Positions 27,975 through 35,560 of a stretch of 53,134 nt of DNA are shown piece after piece. The position numbers and the translations under genes were made by a program. The notes under the pieces were generated by a model. The model saw nothing but the letters and a program-made list of their open reading frames with translations. It made no database searches and was not told the origin of the DNA. The stretch's first letter is position 1. Every line of letters starts with the position of its first letter. The DNA is from an uncultured Candidatus Saccharibacteria bacterium. GTDB taxonomy: Bacteria > Patescibacteriota > Doudnabacteria > UBA920 > O2-02-FULL-48-8. The DNA lies in the NCBI GenBank assembly GCA_964580495.1, contig CAZOKE010000002.1:1-53134 (forward strand), given 5' to 3'.

Positions 27975-29289
27975 CCGGTTTCTTTAAATTGTTCGATGCC
28001 GCCATCAGCCCCAAGCTTGTAAAAAATAATAGTTGTCCTTGCTGAATTGTAACAAGAAAATGATCAAACATCGACATAAACAAAAGCGAAAATCCCAAGA
28101 GCAATAACGCAAACCTATAATCAGACGGTCTGGTGTTCCATGTGGAACGAAAAATCGTCAATAAAAACCAGACGAAGAGAACCAATCCGATCAAACCTAA
28201 ACTGGCACCTATATAAATGAAAATATTATGGGGTGGCTGATATTCCCATGGTTGCAGGTGAAACATTTTCTCAATCGCAGGAATGTAGTTTCCTGGTCCG
28301 GTTCCAAAAAATGGATGCGATTTAATCACTTGGATGCCAAAGTAGTCAAAAGTGCCTCTATCTGTTAGGGCTTTCGATCCTGATAAGCTTTGAACTCTGG
28401 TAAAAAGAAGATTGTGCCACAGAAGCAAGATTGTTCCACATGAAACAAATGCTATAACTAAGATTTTTAAGGATGTTTTCCAATTATCCCTTAAATAGAT
28501 ACGAACTAACCATAAAACTGTGATCAATCCAGCCAAAACCCATGAAACACGTGAAAAAGTGACAAACAGTCCTATATACAATGAAAAAAGGCCAAAATAT
28601 GAAAATAGTTTCACGGAATTAAATGTTGCACGTGAAGCAATATAAAAACCCGTTATTAAAGAAATTATTAGAAAGCCAGATAATACATTTGGGTGTGGAA
28701 ATGTGCCGTATGCTCGTAATAACTTGGATCCTACATCAATTGTAGCTGCACCGGGAGTTAGAGCATCTGGTACATATTCACCCAGAAGTCTTAGTCCAAC
28801 TGAATGTTGCACGTGAAACTGTAAAATTCCCAGAATTGATTGAAAAATACCAGAAATGAACAATATCCAGCCACTTATCTTAAATATTCTGGGGTTCGAT
28901 ATCGCAGCAACAAACACAACAATAAGAATGAATTCGATCCATTTAAATGCTTGAAATAACCCTAGTCCTAAATGTTTCACATGGAACAAATCAATAATAA
29001 CCCAAATAATCATTAATATTGATAAAATATATAATGTTTTAAGTTGTGAAACATATTTTTTCCTCGAAAATACAATGTATGAAACTATCGCGGTAAACAG
29101 CAAAATATCTGATGCATAAACTAGAAAAGCTAGAGGGTAGGAAAAATATGAGTTTATGTAGGCCGATGACGGGGAAAAAATGATTCTGATCTGAGTAGGG
29201 AGAAATATAAGAAAAAGATAGAAAGCTAGTTCCCAGATAGGCAGTTGTCGGAAATTTAGAAAATATTGTTTCATGTGTAACATTGACAA
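27958..29289 (-). CDS. O-antigen ligase-like (Wzy_C-type) polytopic membrane protein, second paralogue
   Basis: 443 aa, more than 10 hydrophobic segments, FSRVSWVLAG loop. Its 3' end overlaps the murE start by 17 nt. Confidence 0.6.
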   Translation of the reverse strand: MSMLHMKQYFLNFRQLPIWELAFYLFLIFLPTQIRIIFSPSSAYINSYFSYPLAFLVYASDILLFTAIVSYIVFSRKKYVSQLKTLYILSILMIIWVIIDLFHVKHLGLGLFQAFKWIEFILIVVFVAAISNPRIFKISGWILFISGIFQSILGILQFHVQHSVGLRLLGEYVPDALTPGAATIDVGSKLLRAYGTFPHPNVLSGFLIISLITGFYIASRATFNSVKLFSYFGLFSLYIGLFVTFSRVSWVLAGLITVLWLVRIYLRDNWKTSLKILVIAFVSCGTILLLWHNLLFTRVQSLSGSKALTDRGTFDYFGIQVIKSHPFFGTGPGNYIPAIEKMFHLQPWEYQPPHNIFIYIGASLGLIGLVLFVWFLLTIFRSTWNTRPSDYRFALLLLGFSLLFMSMFDHFLVTIQQGQLLFFTSLGLMAASNNLKKPDVEQN

Positions 29290-29412
29290 ATTAAGTAAAA
29301 TATTGTGTAAATTGGTTTAGTCTTTTTAACACTTTGATCTAGACAGTTGTAAAATGTCTTTTTTAGTTGTATGATTAGATGCTTACTTCCAAGGAGGGAG
29401 GTGATATAGGTC

Positions 29413-29652
29413 ATGGATGAGTTCCAGCGGATAGAGCAGAAGAACAAAGGCGCCTTACTGTGCGCCAGTGCTATTCCCGCAAACAAAGAGGCACGGGACC
29501 GATTAAAGGAGCAGATCGACAGATGGATTGCCGCTAATTCGAACGGCAATTCCCACGAAGGCCGCCACAGCGAAGCCATCCGGTCTTTGGTGGCTCAGCT
29601 GCGGAACCGACTCGAGCAGATCAACCAAATGCCTTCGGAGGACGACGTATGA
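29413..29652 (+). CDS. Small helical protein of unknown function (79 aa), G+C-rich
   Basis: Strong Shine-Dalgarno sequence ggagggagg 8 nt upstream of the ATG. Composition is visibly richer in G+C than the flanks. Confidence 0.55.
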   Translation: MDEFQRIEQKNKGALLCASAIPANKEARDRLKEQIDRWIAANSNGNSHEGRHSEAIRSLVAQLRNRLEQINQMPSEDDV

Positions 29653-29777
29653 CCCACCATCGGCCACCCGACGTTTATATTTGCTGTCCCACATGTATCA
29701 GCAGTATAAGCGTCTTTCTTTTTGTTTACAAAAAAGCTATAATTTTCTCTGTATTTATAATACACGAATTAACTAAT

Positions 29778-29851
29778 CGGGGTGGAGTATGCCGGTAGTA
29801 CGCACGCTTCGGGTGCGTGTAGACTGGGTTCAATTCCCAGCACCCCGACCA
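29778..29851 (+). tRNA. tRNA-Pro (anticodon CGG)
   Basis: CGGGGTG/CACCCCG acceptor stem, anticodon loop TTCGGGT, CCA encoded. TATAAT at 29738-43. Confidence 0.9.
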
Positions 29852-29861
29852 GAGGACGCTC

Positions 29862-29984
29862 GGGCATGTGTTTCATTTGAATACGGGTCCTGTCACGATT
29901 TTTACCCCGCCAGTGCTCGCTTACGCTGCGCGCTGTCAGGGTCCCCAAAATCGTGCCACCCGCTTTGAGATGAAACACATGCCC
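29862..29984. repeat. Nested inverted repeat (~123 nt) immediately 3' of tRNA-Pro
   Basis: gggcatgtgtttcat (29862-76) pairs perfectly with atgaaacacatgccc (29970-84). Inner pair is cacgatttt (29894-902) with aaaatcgtg (29947-55). The core gtgctcgcttacgctgc (29913-29) recurs as gtgctcgcttatgctgc (30080-96). Confidence 0.85.
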
Positions 29985-30194
29985 TCGCTAGAAAAAAGAA
30001 GAGCTCGCGAGGTTGTCCTCAAAAAACAGCTATCCTTCGCTAAAGAGAATTTATGGCTCCTGACGCAATTTTCCTCACCGTGCTCGCTTATGCTGCATGC
30101 GAGTGGGGCCCCAATGAGCTTTTGAAACATTATTTATATAAGCGTGAGGTGAAACCAACTGATCTAATTAAAATTATTAAATTTAAACTTAAAT

Positions 30195-30258
30195 AAAAAA
30201 ACCGCCAGTTGTAGATCCTGAAACAAGTTCAGGATGGACAAAGCTAGGCGGTTTTTTT
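30195..30258. terminator. Compound bidirectional terminator
   Basis: aaaaaaaccgcc...ggcggttttttt enclosing atcctgaa-acaag-ttcaggat. Confidence 0.7.
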
Positions 30259-30266
30259 GTATGAAA

Positions 30267-30785
30267 CTATTTGATTAAGTAGTAAAGGCAGGGGAGCACG
30301 AGAACCAATTGCGTAATAATTCCCAGCAGCCAGTATTTTTGCTCGGGAAAATATTGACGCCAGTTGTTGTGAATCCATTTATGAAACTCGTGGAATTGTT
30401 TGAAGAATGGGACCTTATGAATTTGGTTGCGCCAAAGCGGGAAATTGTCGACCAAATCGACTAAATAGCCACCGAAAGCGCCCCACGCAAACATAGAAAT
30501 CAAAGACAATTTAAATTTAAGGTACCAGATACCAAGAGTGGAGAAGAATGCGATTAGGGAATCAAGGATTGCAAAATAAAGAAACCCTTTGTTTTTCCAA
30601 ATATTTTTTTCAAATTCTTCCGGAGAGACCAGGTCTGGCCGGATAGGGCCGTCAAGATGGGGGAGAGCGTCACAAATTAAATGTGAAACTACACCAGCAG
30701 CAAGCCCAGCCAGAGGATTGTGGGTTAAGCTACCTACGGCCAGAGCAGCCGCCCCACCAATAATAACGTGCGATGTCGCAATCAT
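30267..30785 (-). CDS. YdjM/YbcI-like membrane-bound metal-dependent hydrolase (DUF457-like)
   Basis: 172 aa. N-terminal SHVIIGG... and SHLICDALPHLD His/Asp motif. Several TM segments. Confidence 0.5.
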   Translation of the reverse strand: MIATSHVIIGGAAALAVGSLTHNPLAGLAAGVVSHLICDALPHLDGPIRPDLVSPEEFEKNIWKNKGFLYFAILDSLIAFFSTLGIWYLKFKLSLISMFAWGAFGGYLVDLVDNFPLWRNQIHKVPFFKQFHEFHKWIHNNWRQYFPEQKYWLLGIITQLVLVLPCLYYLIK

Positions 30786-30871
30786 GAGTTAAATAGTAAA
30801 TAGTAATAAGGAATTAGTAAATAGAAAGAAAAAGGCTGCGTACTCATTTGGGCACGCAAGCCTTGGAAAGA

Positions 30872-31066
30872 TTATTCTTCGCGGCGAAGTTCGTTTCGCC
30901 CGCCGCAGATCAGGGCCAGCAATACCGCCATCATCAGGATGTTCACGACGAGTTTGATGAAGAACGGCAACTTTGCAAGTGTTGCGTCGATGCCAATTGC
31001 TTCTGCTAGCAGAAGCATAACTACAAGATACAATCCCGCTTCCAAAAGTTTTCGGCTATTGATCAT
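30872..31066 (-). CDS. Small hydrophobic protein (64 aa)
   Basis: Minus-strand TTGTAA (31117-22), 17-nt spacer, TATAAT (31094-99), and a ggagggg Shine-Dalgarno sequence. Two hydrophobic segments. Confidence 0.55.
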   Translation of the reverse strand: MINSRKLLEAGLYLVVMLLLAEAIGIDATLAKLPFFIKLVVNILMMAVLLALICGGRNELRREE

Positions 31067-31199
31067 GGGTTCCCCTCCGTTTACGAAAAAGGAATTATAA
31101 CGCTACGGGAAAGCAATTACAAGTTTCGTTAGAATTTGTAGGCAAAAAAGAAAACCGCAGGCGTGGAACTTGTTTAAGGTTCACACGCACTGCGGCCGA

Positions 31200-31688
31200 C
31201 TACTCCGAATATTCGGGTGGTGGGCGGTAGCCGAAGAACACCTGGCGGATCGTGTAGAAGACCATCCGGAAGGGGTCACGGGTCCATGGTTGGGCCGAAA
31301 GCCAGTCGAAACCGATCCAGCCGATCAGCCACATCAGCTTGAGGAACGAAGGTGTTTTGAACCCCGCTATTCTGACGAGACCAACACACTTCCAGAGCTG
31401 CAGCGGGGTGTGGGCTATTGGGATTACTTCCATAATACCTGCGCGCCGGAACGCTTCTGCTGCTTGTTCCGTGGGCTGTTCCGAGCCTTCGTAGCCGGGG
31501 GTCTTCTTGATTGCGTTGCAGTCGACTCCGCGCTCCTTGAGCACTGCGGCGGTTGGCCGCTGCGCGAATATCATCATTTCTTCGTTGTAGTACTTGAGAG
31601 CTCGGATCGCGGCTTCGGCCAGTCGGACGTTGCAGGGACTATGCCCCTGCTTGCGCCAGGCAAACGAGTAGACAATCATGCCCTTCAC
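31200..31688 (-). CDS. G+C-rich protein, possibly DUF218 (YdcF/ElyC-like)
   Basis: Minus-strand TTGACA (31766-71), 17-nt spacer, TATAGT (31743-48). AGGAGG lies 6 nt before the GTG start. GSEQPTEQAAEAF...VIPIAHTPLQLWKCV resembles the DUF218 s.nT.eNa...lVT..fHm.Ra pattern. Terminator at 31150-31195. Confidence 0.45.
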   Translation of the reverse strand: MKGMIVYSFAWRKQGHSPCNVRLAEAAIRALKYYNEEMMIFAQRPTAAVLKERGVDCNAIKKTPGYEGSEQPTEQAAEAFRRAGIMEVIPIAHTPLQLWKCVGLVRIAGFKTPSFLKLMWLIGWIGFDWLSAQPWTRDPFRMVFYTIRQVFFGYRPPPEYSE

Positions 31689-31831
31689 GGCAATCCTCCT
31701 ATTCAGTTGTGAAGGAACCTAATCACAAGTCTGTGACCGAATACTATAGCCCAAAATGGGCCAAATGTCAATGGTTTACAGGAAAGCAAATTTTCAGTAA
31801 AATATTGAAGTTAAACTTCGGTATGTATTGA

Positions 31832-31852
31832 GCCCTCGTAGCTCAATGGATA
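31832..31852 (+). pseudogene. Partial copy of the tRNA-Arg 5' end (acceptor and D-arm)
   Basis: cgtagctcaatggata at 31837-52 is identical to 31873-88 inside tRNA-Arg. Confidence 0.6.
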
Positions 31853-31867
31853 CCCGCCCGACCGCCT

Positions 31868-31942
31868 GACTCCGTAGCTCAATGGATAGAGCAGCGCCGT
31901 CCTAAGGCGTTGATGTTGGTTCAACTCCAGCCGGGGTCACCA
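31868..31942 (+). tRNA. tRNA-Arg (anticodon CCU)
   Basis: GACTCCG/CGGGGTC acceptor stem, anticodon loop GTCCTAA, CCA encoded. Flanked by the 9-bp inverted repeat ccgcctgac (31862-70) / gtcaggcgg (31948-56). Confidence 0.85.
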
Positions 31943-31972
31943 ATAAATGTCAGGCGGGCAGGGAGCAGGCGC

Positions 31973-32048
31973 GGGCCCTTAGCTCATTTGGTAGAGCGCT
32001 TCCATGGCATGGAAGAGGTGACCGGTTCGAGCCCGGTAGGGTCCACCA
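31973..32048 (+). tRNA. tRNA-Ala (anticodon GGC)
   Basis: G3-U70 pair in the GGGCCCT/AGGGTCC acceptor stem. Anticodon loop ATGGCAT. CCA encoded. Confidence 0.9.
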
Positions 32049-32065
32049 GAAAAGACTTCAGGATA

Positions 32066-32124
32066 AAACACCCTCTCTGTCCGACTTTGTCGGACATCTC
32101 TCCCGCTTTGCGGGCGAGAATAAT
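32066..32124 (+). ncRNA. Copy 1 of a conserved two-hairpin RNA motif (unknown family)
   Basis: acaccctctctg, then hairpin gtccgac-ttt-gtcggac, then catctctccc, then hairpin closing on tgcgggcgagaataa. Followed by AGGAGG and a T-run (32148-32160). Confidence 0.45.
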
Positions 32125-32205
32125 AGGAGGTGGCAATCGCGGGGTCTTTTTTGTTTTTTTACAATAGGCATGTTAAGCTTAGGTTAAACATTAAATTTCT
32201 TTTTT

Positions 32206-32640
32206 ATGTGGAAAACATTTTTGATTGTGGTTGTAATCCTGGTTGTCGCTTTTGTAGCTTATGATCTATTTTTAAGCTCCAAGGTCACACCCAGCAGTTT
32301 AGAAAAAAACCCTCAAGTAACCTCAACTCTAGATAAGGCCAGTTTGACTCAACGGGACGCAAAGCGGCTGAGTGATGTCAGACAATTTAAAGTCCAGTTG
32401 GATCTTTATAAACAAGCAAAAGGTCAGTACCCACAAACGCTGCAACAGTTAGCTTCGTATTTCTCTACTACCACTCCTCAAGCGCCTCAACCTGCAGACA
32501 GTCCTTGCAATAGCGCAAACAATAATTATGTTTACACCCCGACTAGCTCTTCGTATGCGCTAAAGTTTTGTTTAGGGACGAGTGGGGAAGAAAATTACAG
32601 TTCAGGAGTCCACACATTGACTCCAGGCGGAATTCAGTAA
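32206..32640 (+). CDS. Pilin-like secreted/anchored protein lacking a canonical prepilin cleavage motif
   Basis: 144 aa. N-terminal TM helix followed by RDAKRLSDVRQFKVQLDLYKQAKGQYP, the pattern that follows the N-terminal helix in type IV pilin-like proteins. No G/FTLIE motif. Confidence 0.5.
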   Translation: MWKTFLIVVVILVVAFVAYDLFLSSKVTPSSLEKNPQVTSTLDKASLTQRDAKRLSDVRQFKVQLDLYKQAKGQYPQTLQQLASYFSTTTPQAPQPADSPCNSANNNYVYTPTSSSYALKFCLGTSGEENYSSGVHTLTPGGIQ

Positions 32641-32738
32641 TCTGAAAAAGACCTCAGAGTGAGGTCTTTTTTGTTTCTACAATTGTCTTAGCAATTTAGT
32701 TCTTCTATAATATTAGAACTCTAATTAATAATAATATT

Positions 32739-33119
32739 ATGGACAAAGTGGTACATTTTGAAATCCCGTTCGACGATAAACAACGGGCAATGAAGTTCTA
32801 CGCCGATAATTTCGGCTGGAAGCTCAACGATCTGGGGCCGCAAATGGGGGACTATGTTTTGGCGCAAACTGCCAAGGTGGACGATCAAAACATGGTTGAG
32901 GAGAAAGGGGCTATCAATGGAGCGCTCAATCAGCGCGGAAAAAACACGCAAACGCCGATTGTGGTTATATATGTTGACTCAATCGAGGATGCGGTGAAAA
33001 AAGTCGAAGCTTCAGGCGGGAAACTGGTGACCGAGGCCATGCCGATTCCGAATGGGCGATACGCCCGGATTTCGGACAGTGAGGGGAATGTTGTCGGATT
33101 AATTGATATGAAAAAATAA
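32739..33119 (+). CDS. Glyoxalase/VOC-family protein
   Basis: 126 aa. MDKVVHFEIPFDDKQRAMKFYADNFGW is typical of the VOC fold. Confidence 0.65.
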   Translation: MDKVVHFEIPFDDKQRAMKFYADNFGWKLNDLGPQMGDYVLAQTAKVDDQNMVEEKGAINGALNQRGKNTQTPIVVIYVDSIEDAVKKVEASGGKLVTEAMPIPNGRYARISDSEGNVVGLIDMKK

Positions 33120-33122
33120 TTT

Positions 33123-33512
33123 ATGAAAACTATAAAGCAAACCAATACTTTCAATGTTCCTCCCGAAGAACTTTATAATTGGTTTATGGATTCAAAAAAA
33201 CACAGTGAGTTTACGGGATCCAAAGCCGTGATCGGCAAAAAAGTCGGCGATAAATTTACGGCCTGGGACGGGTATATCGAAGGCAAAAATGTGAAACTTG
33301 TGCCGGGGAAATTAATTGTCCAGTCCTGGAGAGGGGATGATTGGGAAGACGGGGTGTACTCGGAAGCGACTTTCAAATTTGCTCCGGCAGCTGAAGGCAA
33401 AACCAAATTGGAATTTATCCAAACTGGAGTGCCAGATGAACACTATGATGATATCAAGCAGGGCTGGGTGGATTATTATTGGACGCCGCTGAAGGAAACT
33501 TTAGGAAAATAG
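33123..33512 (+). CDS. SRPBCC/AHSA1-like protein
   Basis: 129 aa. ...PEELYNWFMDSKKHSEFTG... and the GK.V.L.PGKLIVQSWR pattern. Confidence 0.55.
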   Translation: MKTIKQTNTFNVPPEELYNWFMDSKKHSEFTGSKAVIGKKVGDKFTAWDGYIEGKNVKLVPGKLIVQSWRGDDWEDGVYSEATFKFAPAAEGKTKLEFIQTGVPDEHYDDIKQGWVDYYWTPLKETLGK

Positions 33513-33545
33513 AAAAGGAGAGGGGAGTTCTAAATAGAAAAACCA

Positions 33546-34244
33546 ATGAAGTTCCCGACGTTTAAATATGAAACAAAAATGTTTGAGGAAGGTTACAGTC
33601 GAGTCGCCGGCTGCGACGAAGTTGGCATTGCGCCGCTAGCCGGCCCGGTGGTGGCGGCCACAGTCATTTTGGATGCTAACTCCATTGGCCGGCAGCGCAG
33701 TAAAAATAAATGGTGGTACCGAGTCCGCGATTCGAAGACGACTAATGAAGAAGAACGGGCAGAGCTCGTCGACTTTATCAAAGATCACAGTTTGGATTTC
33801 GGTGTGGGGATTGTCTCACGTGAAATAATAGATGAAATAAATATTCACCAAGCTGGGTTGTTGTCGATGAAACGATCTATTGATTGCCTGAAACAGTCGC
33901 CTGAGTTTTTGTTTCTCGATGGCTTGCACAAAATAAAAAGTTTAAACGTTGCACAACAGGCGGTGGTGGACGGCGATGAAAAAATTTTGTCGATTTCGGC
34001 GGCCTCGATAATCGCCAAAGTTGCACGCGATAATCTTTTGAAGCAGCTGCACGAAACTTATCCGCAGTATGGGTTTGATAAGCATAAAGGGTATCCGACC
34101 AAGTTTCATCGTGAAGCTTTGATGGCGTTTGGCGTAACGCCCGAACATCGCCGCAGTTTCGGGTTTGTGCAATTATGTTTAAAAAAGTTTCACTCGCTAA
34201 AATATTTTCAAAGACAGTTTATACTCGAACCATCCCGCACTTGA
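33546..34244 (+). CDS. rnhB: Ribonuclease HII
   Basis: GCDEVGIAPLAGPVVAA catalytic motif. DGDEKILSISAASIIAKV. KGY..K.H. Confidence 0.85.
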   Translation: MKFPTFKYETKMFEEGYSRVAGCDEVGIAPLAGPVVAATVILDANSIGRQRSKNKWWYRVRDSKTTNEEERAELVDFIKDHSLDFGVGIVSREIIDEINIHQAGLLSMKRSIDCLKQSPEFLFLDGLHKIKSLNVAQQAVVDGDEKILSISAASIIAKVARDNLLKQLHETYPQYGFDKHKGYPTKFHREALMAFGVTPEHRRSFGFVQLCLKKFHSLKYFQRQFILEPSRT

Positions 34245-34290
34245 TGCGGGATCTTTATTTAAGAGTGGAAATAATTTATACTATGGGAAC

Positions 34291-34380
34291 GGAAGCGTGC
34301 CGGAGCGGTCGAACGGGCCGGTTTCGAAAACCGGTAAGGGTTAACGCCCTTCAGAGGTTCGAATCCTCTCGCTTCCGCCA
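34291..34380 (+). tRNA. tRNA-Ser (anticodon CGA)
   Basis: GGAAGCG/CGCTTCC acceptor stem, anticodon loop TTCGAAA, long variable arm, CCA encoded. Terminator atcgca...tgcgat plus T-run follows. Confidence 0.9.
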
Positions 34381-34430
34381 AATTTAAATATCCTATTTAC
34401 GATCGCATTTGCATGTGCGATTTTTTGTTT

Positions 34431-35003
34431 ATGAAAATCATAGGAATCGCCGGGCCTTCGGGAGCTGGCAAGACAACTTTGGCTGGGTATCTAGCAAACG
34501 TTTTCGGAGACGATTTCGAACATATCCGGCAGGATGACTATTTGAAGTCGCCGGAAAATTTTCCCATGAAGGGGAAGTTTAAAAATTGGGAGTTGCCCGG
34601 CAATTATAATTTTGATTTGATTTATGATCATTTGAAGAAATTACGCACTGGGGAAGAGGTCCAAAATAAAACGTTTGTTTGGCGGTCGGGAGAAGTTCCA
34701 CAAGATTACACCTTGAAGCCCAAAAAAATTATTTTAGTCGAAGGCTCTCTGATTTTGACGAATGAGGATTTGGCTTCCATGTTCGATAAAAAAATATATT
34801 TGGATTTGCCGATTAGCCTCATGGCCCAGCGCCGGGCCAAGCGTCTGGGTGACGATTATGATGAGGAGTATGAGTTGGAAGTGGTCATACCGGAGTTTGA
34901 AAGGCACGGCATGATCCAAAAAACTTTAACGGACCATATAGTGGATGCCACCAAAAGCAAAAAAGATGTTGCGGAAGAAGTCCTGAAGATAATTCAAGCC
35001 TGA
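34431..35003 (+). CDS. udk: Uridine kinase-family P-loop kinase
   Basis: MKIIGIAGPSGAGKTT... then RQDDYLK. The ATG at 34431 lies after the tRNA-Ser terminator. The track ORF starts at 34413. Confidence 0.55.
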   Translation: MKIIGIAGPSGAGKTTLAGYLANVFGDDFEHIRQDDYLKSPENFPMKGKFKNWELPGNYNFDLIYDHLKKLRTGEEVQNKTFVWRSGEVPQDYTLKPKKIILVEGSLILTNEDLASMFDKKIYLDLPISLMAQRRAKRLGDDYDEEYELEVVIPEFERHGMIQKTLTDHIVDATKSKKDVAEEVLKIIQA

Positions 35004-35063
35004 GCTTTACCTAAGCATTTTCCAAAGCTATAATTATCCCAAGTTAATTAACCTCTCAATATT

Positions 35064-35477
35064 ATGGGGAAAATGATAAGAAATTGGGTCGTAGCGTTTG
35101 TGGTCTTGGTCGTACTGACCTTGCTTTGGCACAACGTTGTGTTTGGCGGTCAATACCCGGAACACCTTAAGGGCATTGTGGTCCATGGTGCCAACGGTGC
35201 ACCCGCACCTCGCATGCTTTGGTTTATTTTGGCTCACATAATTGTGGCCGTCCCATTTGGCTTGACTCTGCCGAGATTGTCAAAAACCATGGGCGACTAT
35301 GTTTGGGGCGGGACCATGATTGGATTTACCACTTTCGGGTTCTTTGCGATTCTGGCGCACGGTTTGTTCCAGAACTGGACGGTGTGGTTGATGGGCATGG
35401 ATGTCGCGTTCTCAATAATTGCCGGCGCCATTACCGGCTGGATTATGTCATACTTGGCTCCCAAGAATCAGTTCTAA
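35064..35477 (+). CDS. Integral membrane protein of unknown function (137 aa, four TM segments)
   Basis: Track ORF. TATAAT upstream at about 35025. Confidence 0.55.
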   Translation: MGKMIRNWVVAFVVLVVLTLLWHNVVFGGQYPEHLKGIVVHGANGAPAPRMLWFILAHIIVAVPFGLTLPRLSKTMGDYVWGGTMIGFTTFGFFAILAHGLFQNWTVWLMGMDVAFSIIAGAITGWIMSYLAPKNQF

Positions 35478-35560
35478 TTATATTACCAACTAAAAAACGT
35501 CCTAAGCTTACGGCTGGGGCGTTTTTTTGTTATCATGTAGCTATAATCACTACGAACGAA

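Noticed and set aside
31170-31712. Plus-strand 180-aa ORF overlapping the minus-strand 162-aa ORF in the G+C-rich islet.
   Set aside because: The minus-strand ORF has a TTGACA-N17-TATAGT promoter, an AGGAGG sequence 6 nt before its GTG, and a downstream terminator. The plus-strand ORF has none of these, and its peptide looks random (Arg/Gly/His-rich).
32130-32264. A GTG-initiated 44-codon ORF right after the AGGAGG that follows motif copy 1.
   Set aside because: The GTG overlaps the Shine-Dalgarno-like hexamer with no spacing, the ORF runs through a T-run terminator, and it overlaps the well-supported 32206 start in another frame.
35219-35560. N-terminal 114-aa extension of the glycosyltransferase track ORF.
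   Set aside because: It overlaps the preceding membrane-protein gene in another frame and crosses a terminator-like hairpin and a TATAAT box. The family N-terminus (MPKTKVLILHTS..) begins at 35561.
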